Below are positions 49,076 to 58,731 of a stretch of DNA of 64,000 nt, piece after piece; within the stretch, counting starts at the first letter, position 1, and each line of letters begins with the position of its first letter. Origin of the DNA: an uncultured Dehalococcoidia bacterium (GTDB lineage Bacteria > Chloroflexota > Dehalococcoidia > Lucifugimonadales > UBA3495); NCBI GenBank assembly GCA_964587795.1, contig CAZPMU010000005.1, positions 15,723 through 79,722 on the forward strand. The letters are read 5' to 3'. Both the position numbers and the translations under genes were made by a program. The notes beneath the pieces are model-generated. The model saw nothing but the letters and a program-made list of their open reading frames with translations, did no database searches and had not been told where the DNA came from.

Positions 49076-50803
49076 CTAGAACTCCTCCACCGGGCGGGTG
49101 GCTATGCCGTAGGTGCCGTAGAAGAAGTTGGCGTAGTGGGTGGTACCCCCGGTGACGAACAGCAGGTACTGCTCCGGGTTCTCCAGCATGGGAATGGTGG
49201 CGTCCGGGTCGTTCTCCAGGGCCTGCAGATCCGGGTGGTGGAGCCACCTGCCCTGGGCATCCTTGGGAACTCCCCGGCTGCCTATGGCCTGCTGCAGTGA
49301 TACCCGGCAGCGCTCGTGCAGCCATTCCTGGGCATCCTGCTTGCTGAACCCGGCCTCCGCCAGGATAACCGCGCGGGAGGGACTGAGCATGATGGGATGG
49401 TATGGCCCGGGGTATGACACCCGCTGGCTGGTGTGCCCCACCTGCGCCGACTGCCAGCCGCGAATCCAGCTGCCGTTGCCCGAGCCGGGGTAGTACATCA
49501 ACTGGGCAATGTTGTTCAAAGTGTCTTCGTGGTTCCTGGAACCCGAGTCCAGGATGTCACCCGGGCCGGTAACGGTTACCACCGTCACCGCGCTCTCGTG
49601 GGGCTGAAAGCCCCGGTCCACGTGGTAGGGCTGCCAGGGGCTGAGGTCTTCATTCTCGGCGATGCACATGCCAAACTTGGTGGGCAGGCCGATGAAGTTG
49701 GGGTCGCCGGTGCCGGCCTTGCAGTAGCCGATATTCATCAGGCACAGGCGCAGGGCCCGTCCGATGGCGGTGTTGGCGCTGTTGACCACCCCGGGCCCCA
49801 TGGCCGAGGTGCCGCAGTTGATGCCGGCGTGCCGGGCAATGGGCCCGTTGACCAGGATCAGCGGGGCCTCGGTATGGCCGGAAACCTGCATATCCCGGTG
49901 GTTCATCTCCGGCTGGGCCAGGCAGTCAATGGCGGCCAGCAATACGGGTAACTGCTCCGGGCGGCAGCCGGCCATAACGGCGTTGATGGCGATTTTCTCC
50001 ACGGTGGCCACGCCGAAGCCCGGCTCCATAACCATCAGCACGTCCTGGGGACTGCGGCCGGTGCCGGCCAGCATCCGCTCCACCAGTTCGGGGGTGGGCG
50101 GCACCACCGGAATGCCGTCGCTCCAGTCCCGCTCCGCCAGGAACCGGTTCACCGCGTCCAGCCCGTCGGGGGTAGCGTCCATCTCCACGGTGAACACCTC
50201 TGTTGCGCTGCCATTGCCGTTGCCGTGGATGGAAACGGGCCCCCGGTCCGTGGGGTAGGTGGTAAGGCCCTGGATTATGGTGTCAATCTGCCCGTCCACC
50301 ATGTTGCGGATGAAGTCGGGCTGCTGGCCCGTGGTGGCGTGGGGAATGATAACGTAGGCGGCGGTGGGCTGGCCCCAGCCGTCCACGCAGGCCTGCCAGG
50401 CCCGGGCAAAGCTCTGGGCGACAATGGCGACGGTGGGAACACCGGCCTTTTCCATGGCGACCATGTCATGGCTAAGCCACGACGTGCAGCCCCCTCAATG
50501 GGCCGTGGCGCCCACCATGGCGTCCACCTCGGTGGCTATGCGGGCGGCCTCCTCTTCGTCGATGTGGACCCCCCGGCTGAGGACGGGGCGGCCCTCGCGC
50601 AGGTCGCCGCCGTAGCGCTGGAACTTAACGCCGGGATAGCGTTGCTGCAGTTGCTCGGCGAACCGGTCAACGGCAACGTCGGCCCCACCGGTCACGTTGT
50701 TGTAAAGGCCTATGGTCTTGCCTTCAAAGCTGGCAAGCCTGGGCGCCGGCGGCACCTTGAAGTCCACGCGGTCGGCGGCGGGAGACATTATCTGCACTTT
50801 CAT
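49076..50803 (-). CDS. Candidate selenoprotein: small UxxC-motif domain fused in frame (through TGA 50495-50497) to a large uncharacterised domain
   Basis: ATG at 50803 with AGAGGA 8 nt upstream. The 102 codons end ...VDAMVGATAH-TGA-GGCTSWLSHD and run in the same frame into the 462-aa ORF. There is no SD for the internal ATG at 50464. A hairpin lies 12 nt after the TGA. If the TGA is a true stop, these are two genes (50495-50803 and 49076-50464). Confidence 0.5.
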
Positions 50804-50961
50804 GCCGTTATTCCTCTGCGAATTAAGTTGGGGCTGGGGCGCGCGTTGCCTGGGGCGACCGTATGGAATGAGCATAGTTGGGGGATGAGGCGGCGTCAAG
50901 CCGGGACGGGGCAATAGCCATTTGAGGTACCCACAAACCGCACAGGAACGGTCGTCAGTAA

Positions 50962-52299
50962 CTACCTGGCCGCCTCCCCGGCGGCGCCAACCCGGTTGTA
51001 ATAACTCTCCACCGGCCGCTTCACCAGCGGCGTCAGCAGCATTACCGGCAGCATCAGCAGCAGGCCCACTCCGGCGTTGATGCCGATGGCGATGGAGATG
51101 GTGAAGGCCGAGGCTATGGCGCCGATTTCCACGCCGCCGATGAGGTGGCCCAGCCCGTTGACCAGACCCTGCGACCCCATTATCCGGCCCCGCATCTCCG
51201 CCGGTGACGACAGCAGCAGGATGGTGCTCTGCATGGTGCTGAAGCCCGACTGCCCCACCCCGGCGCTGAAGAGCAGCAGGAAGGAGACCAGGAACCAGGG
51301 CGACCAGGCCACCGCGGCCACGCCCACCGCCACGATCATGGCCCCGATGGCGAAATAACGTCCGTGGAAAGTGTAGTTGCGGCGCGAGCCGATGATTATC
51401 GCTCCCACCAGCGTCCCAATGCCCTCCGCTGCACCGATGACGCCCCCCAGGGCCGGCCCCACCTTCAGCACCTCGGTGGCGATGACGGGAATGAAGTACT
51501 GCAGGGGCAGCACCATGCAGTTCATCACCAGGGAAATGGACAGCACGCCCAGCACAAACTTGTTGGAGAAGGAATGACCAATTCCCGACTGGATGCCCTG
51601 CCAGAAGGCACGGTCGCGGCCCACGACCACTGCCGCGCGGGTCAGGCGCATCCGGAACACCAGAACGGCCGCCACCAGGTCCAGCGCCACCAGCACCATG
51701 TAGGCGCCGGTGAACCCGTAGAAGGCAATTATCAGGCCGCCGGTAATGGGACCCAGAATTTTGCCCACGTTGTTGGTGATGGTCTCCAGAGACATGGCGT
51801 GGGCAATGCGGTCCTGTCCCGCCAGGTCGAACAGCGCCGCCCGACGGGTTGGGTCGTCCAGCACCTTGGCCGTCCCCTGCAGCAGGATGGCAAAGAATAC
51901 GAACCAGGGGTGAATCAGGTCCAGCAGCAGCAGCGTCAGCAGGGCCGATGCCACCAGCAGGTAGAAGGTGTGGATGCCCGCCAGGATGCGCCACCGGTCC
52001 AGCCGGTCAGCCAGCATTCCGGCCACCAGGGACAGGGGCGGACGGGGGCCGTTGAGGAAGGTGGAAATCAGCCCCACCTGGAAGGCCGAGTCGGTGAGTT
52101 CGTAGATGAGATAGCCCAGGACCAGCAGTTCCATGCGCCTGGATGTCTCGTGTACCCAGCGGGCCGCCCACAGCAGGCGGAAGTCGGGGTTCTGCAGTAC
52201 CACCAAAACGGGAATGCCGGAAAGTGCTGGCAACGGGGTATATCCTCGGGGAATCTGTTTACCGTTTACAGCCCTGACAGCGTTTCTGCTGCCCAGCAT
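50962..52299 (-). CDS. MFS transporter
   Basis: About 12 TM helices. LLWAARWVHETSRRMELLVLGYLIYELT is a typical MFS_3-like N-terminus. The start is uncertain (ATG 52299 versus the ORF-track start at 52443). Confidence 0.85.
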   Translation of the reverse strand: MLGSRNAVRAVNGKQIPRGYTPLPALSGIPVLVVLQNPDFRLLWAARWVHETSRRMELLVLGYLIYELTDSAFQVGLISTFLNGPRPPLSLVAGMLADRLDRWRILAGIHTFYLLVASALLTLLLLDLIHPWFVFFAILLQGTAKVLDDPTRRAALFDLAGQDRIAHAMSLETITNNVGKILGPITGGLIIAFYGFTGAYMVLVALDLVAAVLVFRMRLTRAAVVVGRDRAFWQGIQSGIGHSFSNKFVLGVLSISLVMNCMVLPLQYFIPVIATEVLKVGPALGGVIGAAEGIGTLVGAIIIGSRRNYTFHGRYFAIGAMIVAVGVAAVAWSPWFLVSFLLLFSAGVGQSGFSTMQSTILLLSSPAEMRGRIMGSQGLVNGLGHLIGGVEIGAIASAFTISIAIGINAGVGLLLMLPVMLLTPLVKRPVESYYNRVGAAGEAAR

Positions 52300-52472
52300 T
52301 GCGACGGAATTCCCAAATAAGCGGGTTAGCTCAGGTCGCCAACATACGCCGAAGGGACGGGGCAAGTCAACCGGGATGGCCGGGGCGTACAGAAATGGCT
52401 GTGGGTGGGTACAATGTGCCAGTTGTCTAAGAATGCTGGGCAAGCCCAGTCATCTAACGCACCGGAGCGGCC

Positions 52473-52874
52473 ATGTTTTCCGACATACACCACATCAGCT
52501 ACCTGGTACCCGACCTGGATTCGGCAATCGGTTCCTACGCGGAAAAGTTCGGGGCGACCGTCACGGGCAGGGGGACGGTGCCCAACCTGGGCGAGGTGGC
52601 CTTCCTGCAGGCGGGCGACGTGGAGGTGGAGTTTATCTGCCCCGAAGACCTGTCAAGCCTTGCCGGGGCCAACGGCAACTGGGTGGTCCATCACGTAGCT
52701 TACGTCGTGGAAGACCTGGACCGGGTGGTGGCGGAGCGCCGCCAGCGGGGCTATAACTTCGTGACCGACGAACCCTTCACCAACTTTATGGGCTATCGCC
52801 TGATTTATTTTGACCCGGTGGATACGGGCGGTTGCCTGGTGCACCTGACCGATGCCGCAAGTCTGACCCGGTAA
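52473..52874 (+). CDS. VOC family protein, methylmalonyl-CoA epimerase-like
   Basis: 133 aa. IHHISYLVPDLDSAIGSYAEKFG and VHHVAYVVEDLDRVVAE are paired metal-binding modules of the kind found in MCE. Confidence 0.8.
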   Translation: MFSDIHHISYLVPDLDSAIGSYAEKFGATVTGRGTVPNLGEVAFLQAGDVEVEFICPEDLSSLAGANGNWVVHHVAYVVEDLDRVVAERRQRGYNFVTDEPFTNFMGYRLIYFDPVDTGGCLVHLTDAASLTR

Positions 52875-52899
52875 GTACGAGAGTCAGGCCCAACGAACA

Positions 52900-52923
52900 G
52901 GGGGCGAGTTGCAACTCGCCCCC
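52900..52923. terminator. Perfect 10-bp palindromic hairpin between convergent genes
   Basis: gggggcgagt-tgca-actcgccccc. The minus-strand tail tgttcgtt is mildly U-rich. Confidence 0.55.
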
Positions 52924-52950
52924 GGCTGAGATACCCAATCCGGCGCTGGT

Positions 52951-53415
52951 TTACGCGGAGATAAGGTCCTTGGCGATGGCGTCGGCCCTCAGGTCGCCCT
53001 GGGACTCCAGGTGAGCCATGACGGCGTCGGCCGCGGCGCCCAGCATCTCCGGGTCCAGGTTGGCTGCCTCTTCGGCATACCCTGCTTCGGTCAGGTAGTT
53101 GGCGGTCTGCTCGCGCAGCACGTTCAGCGACCACTCCAGCTGGGCTTCGCTCTCCATCATGCCCTCAGGAAAATCGACGTGGGAACCGCCGGCGCCCAGC
53201 TTGTCATAGCCGCCCTTGTGCCAGTGGCCGCGGCTCCCATGCGGGTCGAACCGGATAATCTCCACACCCCGGACGTCCACGCCGAAGGTAGGACCGCCGA
53301 ACTTGCCCCGCAGGCAGCGCAGGGGCCACATGTACATCGTAACGTCGCCCTGCTTGCTGAGCGGTCGCACCATAACCTGCCCCAGGTAAGACTCGCCATC
53401 AATCATAGTTGCCAT
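52951..53415 (-). CDS. Hypothetical protein (154 aa)
   Basis: Host-like codon bias. GGGAGGG lies upstream of the ATG. No family recognised. Confidence 0.6.
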   Translation of the reverse strand: MATMIDGESYLGQVMVRPLSKQGDVTMYMWPLRCLRGKFGGPTFGVDVRGVEIIRFDPHGSRGHWHKGGYDKLGAGGSHVDFPEGMMESEAQLEWSLNVLREQTANYLTEAGYAEEAANLDPEMLGAAADAVMAHLESQGDLRADAIAKDLISA

Positions 53416-53775
53416 TCCAAATCCCTCCCTGTTCTCAACTGTTCACGATTAGGGGCAACGGGCTGTCCCTGTTTTCGTCATACCGGCGAAAGCCGGTATC
53501 CAGGAGTCGTCGCAACCTATACGCTGAATTGGTTTTAAAGCGACTCCGCGAATCTGAACGGTTACCCCTGTTCCGCCGTGTCGGCGGATAGTTGTGAGGG
53601 TATATTATCATAGAATGGTGGGGGTGGGGCGTGGAAATGACAACTGTTCACATTTTCGGGTAGCGTTTCGGTTCAGGTGGTCCGGGCGCGAGAATAGTGG
53701 GGGCAGACACACAGGTCTGCCCTGTTCCCATAGTAAAACCACTTGATTTGGAACGCTACCCCCTGAATCCGACTC

Positions 53776-53830
53776 TTGACACATAGATACTGACACGCAG
53801 CGGTCGCAGAGTCTCGCTGCGGTTGTGGGA
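53776..53830. repeat. Family 1 intergenic repeat, degenerate copy G
   Basis: ttgacacatagatactgacacgcagcggtcgcagagtctcgctgcggttgtggga. Confidence 0.35.
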
Positions 53831-53939
53831 GCACCCGGAATGCGATGGCCCATGACCCCCCCCTCCAATGCGCCCCCGCCTAACTCCGGGTATACTGGGC
53901 CCAACAGTCACCAAACAGTAATAAGGCGCAGGATTTGCT

Positions 53940-55169
53940 ATGCAGCCCCTTAACGACATTCGGGTGCTGGCCGTGACGGTGTTCCTGGCGGGGCCGTACC
54001 TCAGCATGAACCTGGCCCGGCTGGGCGCCGAGGTTATCAAGGTGGAGATTCCCGGGCGCGGCGACCCGGTGCGGGGCAACGGCCCCTTTGCCGGGCCCGA
54101 GGGCGTCCACAACACTCCCCGGACCGGGCAGGATATCGCCACCCGATTCCTGAAGCGCACCCAGGGTGTGAAGAGCGTCACCTTGAACCTCCGGGACCCC
54201 AGGGGCCGGGAGATGTTCCTGGATATGGCCCGCCAGGCCGACATTGTCCTGGAGAACCTGGCCCCCGGGTCCATGCGCCGGCTGGGCCTGGGTTATGACG
54301 ACGTATCGGCGGTCAATCCGGGCATTATCTACTGCTCTATCGCCGGTTACGGCCAGACGGGTCCCTATGCCGACCGGCCGGCCCACGACCCGCAGATACA
54401 GGGCATGAGCGGCATGATGGACATAAACGGCGATGCCGACGGCCCGCCCACCAAGGTAGGCTTTTACATCGGCGACCTGGTGGCGCCCCTGTTCGCCGCC
54501 TACTCCATCATGGGGGCGCTGCGGGAGAAGGACCGCACGGGCAAGGGGCAGCACCTGGACGTTTCCATGATGGATACCCTGGCTACCCTGATGTTCATGG
54601 AGAACCTGGAAGAGGACGTGCAGCAGGGCATTCCCCTGCGTACCGGCAACACCAGCCGCAGCGGCCCCACCGGCCTGTACCACGCCTCCGACGCCGACCT
54701 GATCATCACCGCCGCCAGCGACGACCAGTGGCGGCGCCTGTGCGAAGCCCTGTTCGCCCCGGAATTGCTGGATGACCCGCGCTTTACCGACTACACTTCC
54801 CGTTCCATCAATGTCAGCGACGCCCGGGACGAAGTGCAGAAGCGCGTCGGCAGAATGACCCAGGCCGAAATCCTGGCTAGGCTGGAGGAGTCCGACGTTC
54901 CCTGCGGCCCGGTCCGGACGGTGCCGGACATCATGGCCGACCCCCACTTCTACCAGCGGGGAACCCTCCAGCCCATGCGCCACGGGGCCATGGATGACCC
55001 GGTACCCGGCGGGATAGCGTCGGGATTTCCGGTAATGTTCTCGGGCGAACCGCTGCCAACATTGCCCGGCGCCCCAACCCTGGGGATGCACAACGCAGAG
55101 ATCTACGGGAAGCTGCTGGGCCTGGACGAGTCTGCTCTGGAGGGCTTGTCCTCGGGCGGGGTTATCTAG
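53940..55169 (+). CDS. Family III CoA-transferase (CaiB/BaiF)
   Basis: LNDIRVLAVTVFLAGPYLSMNLARLGAEVIKVE, GYGQTGPY and the catalytic Asp region FYIGDLVA. Confidence 0.93.
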   Translation: MQPLNDIRVLAVTVFLAGPYLSMNLARLGAEVIKVEIPGRGDPVRGNGPFAGPEGVHNTPRTGQDIATRFLKRTQGVKSVTLNLRDPRGREMFLDMARQADIVLENLAPGSMRRLGLGYDDVSAVNPGIIYCSIAGYGQTGPYADRPAHDPQIQGMSGMMDINGDADGPPTKVGFYIGDLVAPLFAAYSIMGALREKDRTGKGQHLDVSMMDTLATLMFMENLEEDVQQGIPLRTGNTSRSGPTGLYHASDADLIITAASDDQWRRLCEALFAPELLDDPRFTDYTSRSINVSDARDEVQKRVGRMTQAEILARLEESDVPCGPVRTVPDIMADPHFYQRGTLQPMRHGAMDDPVPGGIASGFPVMFSGEPLPTLPGAPTLGMHNAEIYGKLLGLDESALEGLSSGGVI

Positions 55170-55201
55170 TATGCCACCATTTCTTTTGTGATGGACATGC
55201 A

Positions 55202-55272
55202 GTGAGCCTGTTCGTGGTGAGCTTGTCGAAGGGCCGCTCGCTGGTGGTTCGACAAGTTCAGGGCAAACGGAG
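55202..55272. repeat. Palindromic intergenic repeat (GTGAGCTTGTCGAA ... TTCGACAAGTTCAGGGCAAACGG type)
   Basis: Arms at 55217-55230 and 55248-55261 are complementary over cttgtcgaa/ttcgacaag. Single copy in this window. Confidence 0.5.
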
Positions 55273-55398
55273 AAATCATCTAACCCTTCAACTGCCCCAA
55301 ACTGTACTGCCCCAAACTTTAATGGAGGCCCACATCCCTGCAGTCGCTTGCGCTGGAGCAACTTCAATCTTTTCAAACAACCAATCTGCGAGGCTCAA

Positions 55399-56298
55399 AT
55401 GAGGTTCAAAGCCAAACCGCTGCGGTCGGTAATGTACGTCCCCGGAAACCGGGAGGACTGGATGCGCAAGGCCCACCAGTACGGCTCTGACGCCCTGATC
55501 CTGGACCTGGAAGACTCGGTGCCCGAGGCTGAAAAGGAGCGGGCCCGCGCCCTGGTAGCCGGCATGGTCCAGGAACTGGGCTCGGCGGGACAGACCCTGT
55601 TTGTCCGCGTCAACCGCCTGGAGACTGGACTGACCGGTTTTGACCTGGAAGCGGTGACCAGCCCACACCTTTACGGCATTCTGCTGCCCAAGGTGGAGCG
55701 GCCCGAGGACGTGGTCGAGGTGGACATTCTTCTCAGGTTCTTCGAGCGCAAGGCGGGAATGGCCATCGGGTCAATCTGCATTGACCCGGGCCTGGAAACG
55801 GCCGACGGCATCCGGCAGGCCTACGACATCGCCATGGCCTCGGACCGGGTGGCCTACATGGGCGGCAGCGGCGGTAAGGGCGGCGACACCGCCCGTTCCA
55901 TCGGGTTCCAGTGGACGCCGGAGGGATTGGAGACCCTGTTCATCAAGTCCAAGGTGCTGGTGGATGCCCGTTCCGCTGGTATTGAATTTCCCATCAGCGG
56001 GGGATGGTTCGATATCCACGACCTGGACGGCCTGCGCGACCTGGCCAACCAGTTGAAACAACTGGGCTATACCGGAATGCACCTCATTCACCCCTCTCAC
56101 GTTCCCGTGGTCAACGAGGTGTTCACCCCCAGCGCGGAGCAGATAGCCCACTGGAAGGGCCTGCTGAAGGCCATGGAGGAGCAGAGAGAGGCCGGCAGCG
56201 CGGTGGTAACCTACGCCGGCGACATGGTGGACATAGCCCACGAGGAAACCGCCCGCACCATGCTGGAAATGGTCCGCCAGTGGGGTATTGAGACGTAG
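55399..56298 (+). CDS. HpcH/HpaI aldolase - citrate lyase beta (CitE)-like acyl-CoA lyase
   Basis: PLRSVMYVPGNREDWMRKA, ALILDLEDSV and FVRVN are CitE/malyl-CoA-lyase-type blocks. The ATG at 55399 is preferred. Confidence 0.88.
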   Translation: MRFKAKPLRSVMYVPGNREDWMRKAHQYGSDALILDLEDSVPEAEKERARALVAGMVQELGSAGQTLFVRVNRLETGLTGFDLEAVTSPHLYGILLPKVERPEDVVEVDILLRFFERKAGMAIGSICIDPGLETADGIRQAYDIAMASDRVAYMGGSGGKGGDTARSIGFQWTPEGLETLFIKSKVLVDARSAGIEFPISGGWFDIHDLDGLRDLANQLKQLGYTGMHLIHPSHVPVVNEVFTPSAEQIAHWKGLLKAMEEQREAGSAVVTYAGDMVDIAHEETARTMLEMVRQWGIET

Positions 56299-56388
56299 GC
56301 GGTGGCGGGCCAAGCCAATGGGAAGGAGAAATGTGCCTTTCCATCTCGGGCTGCCAAGCCTCAGTTCACAGGGGCCAACCATCGAACA

Positions 56389-56482
56389 GTCATTCTGAGT
56401 GGAGCGAAGAATCTGAAATCCCTGCCTGAAGAAACCACCCGAACACTTAGGATTATAGATTCTGCACTCCGTTCACAATGAC
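56389..56482. repeat. 26-nt imperfect terminal inverted repeats enclosing 42 nt (MITE/REP-like hairpin element)
   Basis: Left arm gtcattctgagtggagcgaagaatct (56389-56414). Right arm agattctgcactccgttcacaatgac (56457-56482). Confidence 0.6.
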
Positions 56483-56587
56483 AGCCTTCCCTGGCTGCCA
56501 ATGCCTGTACCAACCCCACCCTGGCTTTAGTCTTCTGGGTTGCTGCAACCAAAGGGGCGGGAGCAACAACCTTGACCAGGAACTCCC

Positions 56588-57475
56588 CTACTTCCCCTCC
56601 CTGGGGTGCCTGGCCAGGAAATCGTCCGCAATTTCTTCCATGGTTACAAAACGCACGCCGTCATGGGAGCGGATGTATTCCGCGATGCGCTCCAGCATCA
56701 GCAGCACCTGGGGCCTGCCGCTCACGTCGGGGTGGATCGTAATGGGGAACACGGCCTCGTCGTACTCCCGGTACACCCAGTCGAACTGGTCCCGCCACAT
56801 GGACTCGATGTCCCTGGGGTTTACGAACCCGTGGCTGTTGGGCGACGCCTTGATGAACATCATGGGCGGCAGGTCGTCCAGGTACCAGTTGGCCGGAATT
56901 TCTACCAGGTCGGTCTCCACGCCGCGTTCCAGGGCGTGCATCCAGTGGTCCGCCGGCATACCGTAGTCAATCTTCGTCCAGCGGTCGCCCACCCGGACGT
57001 AGTAGCACTCGAAATCGCGGTGCATCAGGCTGTGGTCATACTTGATGCCGTGCTTCAGCAGCAGTTCGTTGGTAACGTGGCTGAACTCCCACCAGGGCGC
57101 CACGTAACCCCGGGGGCGCTTCCCCGAAACCTCGGTAATCAGGTCGATGCAGCGCAGCAGCACCGCCTCTTCCTGCTCCGGCGACATGGAAATGGGGTTC
57201 TCGTGGGAGTAGCCGTGCATTCCCACCTCGTGCCCCTGCTCCACAATCATCCGGCATTCGTCGGGAAAGGTCTCGATGGAGTGGCCGGGGATGAACCAGC
57301 TTGTCTTGATGTCCAGCCGTTCAAAGAGTTTCAGCAGCCGGGGCGTTCCCACCTCTCCGGCGAACAGGCCGCGGGAAATATCGTCGGGCGAGTCCTCTCC
57401 GCCATAGGAACCAAGCCAGCCGCCCACGGCGTCCAGGTCAACCCCAAAAGCGCATAGTATCTGTTTGTCGGCCAT
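56588..57475 (-). CDS. Polysaccharide deacetylase (NodB homology, CE4) family protein
   Basis: [21 protein letters not shown] and [12 protein letters not shown] are NodB metal/catalytic motifs. Confidence 0.88.
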   Translation of the reverse strand: MADKQILCAFGVDLDAVGGWLGSYGGEDSPDDISRGLFAGEVGTPRLLKLFERLDIKTSWFIPGHSIETFPDECRMIVEQGHEVGMHGYSHENPISMSPEQEEAVLLRCIDLITEVSGKRPRGYVAPWWEFSHVTNELLLKHGIKYDHSLMHRDFECYYVRVGDRWTKIDYGMPADHWMHALERGVETDLVEIPANWYLDDLPPMMFIKASPNSHGFVNPRDIESMWRDQFDWVYREYDEAVFPITIHPDVSGRPQVLLMLERIAEYIRSHDGVRFVTMEEIADDFLARHPREGK

Positions 57476-57557
57476 ATCAAATCTCCTGGCGGCGTTCTGC
57501 TGCCGAGGTTGGCAGTGGAAAAGGGTCCGCAATTGCAGGTGGGGAAAGCGGGAGGCC

Positions 57558-58556
57558 CTACAGGTTTATGGCGGGTTCCGCGTAGTCCCTGAGCTTGTTG
57601 TAAACCTGCAGCCGGTGGTGGTATGACTCCAGGACTAAGATCCGGTCGTCGGCGTCAACGTTGACCGCCACCGGCCGCCGGAACCGCCATTCGGGCTCCA
57701 GGTCCGTCCGCCGCCTGGCCTTGATGAGGTCGGGATTGGCGTCAACATAGGCCTGGGCCCACGGGGAAAGCTCCTGGGCGTCGCCCACCAGCGCCGTAAT
57801 GTATTGGCCGTCCGCGGCGTAAATCTGGACTCGGTGGTTGCCCCAGTCAGTTACGTATACGTCCCCATCCGAGTCCACGGCCACGCCGGAAGGCCCCTTG
57901 AGCGAGCCCACGCCGTCGCTGGTGCCTTCGAATTTGACCAGCAGTTCCCCGCCAGGACCGAATTTCTGCACCCGGTTATTGCCCCAGTCGGCCACGTAGA
58001 TGTTGTCGTGGCGGTCAACGCAGATGCCCCAGGGCATTTCCATCTCTCCGTCGCCCCCGCCCTGTTTCCCGAAACTGGACCGGAATTCACCGATCTGGCT
58101 GAAACTCTGCACCCGGTGATTCAGGCTGTCCACCACCCAGAGATTTCCCCGGGAATCGAAGGCGATTCCCGACGGCCCGTTCAGCAGCCCTTCTTCGCTG
58201 CCCGCCCGGCCCCAGTGATACCGGTACGCGCCCTCTTCGTCGTAAATGGTAATGCGGTTGAGGTACTCGTCCGAAACGAACACCCTTCCCCGCGGGTCCA
58301 GGTCAATGGAACGGGGCCAGACAAACCGCCCGTCCTCCGCGCCGACGGAGCCGAACTGGCCCTGGAACTCGTGGTCAAGGTTGAGCTTGCTGACCCGCTG
58401 TCCCAGCTGTTCCACGCCCCGGCTCAACACGTACATTCGCCCGTCCGGTCCCAGGACGAAGTCCTGGGGCGCCCAGAAGCCCCGGCCCGACTGGCTGTAC
58501 ATGCCTATGCAGTAGCTGTAGTCATACACCCGGCCGGCGGCAACGGTGGTCAGCAT
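57558..58556 (-). CDS. NHL-repeat six-bladed beta-propeller protein
   Basis: Recurrent blades end in NRITIY, NHRVQSF, NNRVQKF, NHRVQIY and HHRLQVY. Confidence 0.88.
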   Translation of the reverse strand: MLTTVAAGRVYDYSYCIGMYSQSGRGFWAPQDFVLGPDGRMYVLSRGVEQLGQRVSKLNLDHEFQGQFGSVGAEDGRFVWPRSIDLDPRGRVFVSDEYLNRITIYDEEGAYRYHWGRAGSEEGLLNGPSGIAFDSRGNLWVVDSLNHRVQSFSQIGEFRSSFGKQGGGDGEMEMPWGICVDRHDNIYVADWGNNRVQKFGPGGELLVKFEGTSDGVGSLKGPSGVAVDSDGDVYVTDWGNHRVQIYAADGQYITALVGDAQELSPWAQAYVDANPDLIKARRRTDLEPEWRFRRPVAVNVDADDRILVLESYHHRLQVYNKLRDYAEPAINL

Positions 58557-58731
58557 ATACCCACTCCAGAGACAGATTTGGGATTGCGATGTTTTGTGTT
58601 GATAGACTCTGGTATTCGGTCAAGCCGGATCAAAGCCAGGGTGAGATATTCACTTGGTAGAGCGGCGCCGGTCCTTCGCTGGCAGACCGGGCCGCCAACG
58701 GTGGACTTCCAGCCTTGGCTTTGGTTTAAGG

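Noticed and set aside
50804-51994. The upstream part of the 499-aa minus-strand ORF 50495-51994.
   Set aside because: It overlaps the MFS transporter in another frame and is Gly/Arg/Pro-rich. Only its last 102 codons, after a good SD and the ATG at 50803, look genuine.
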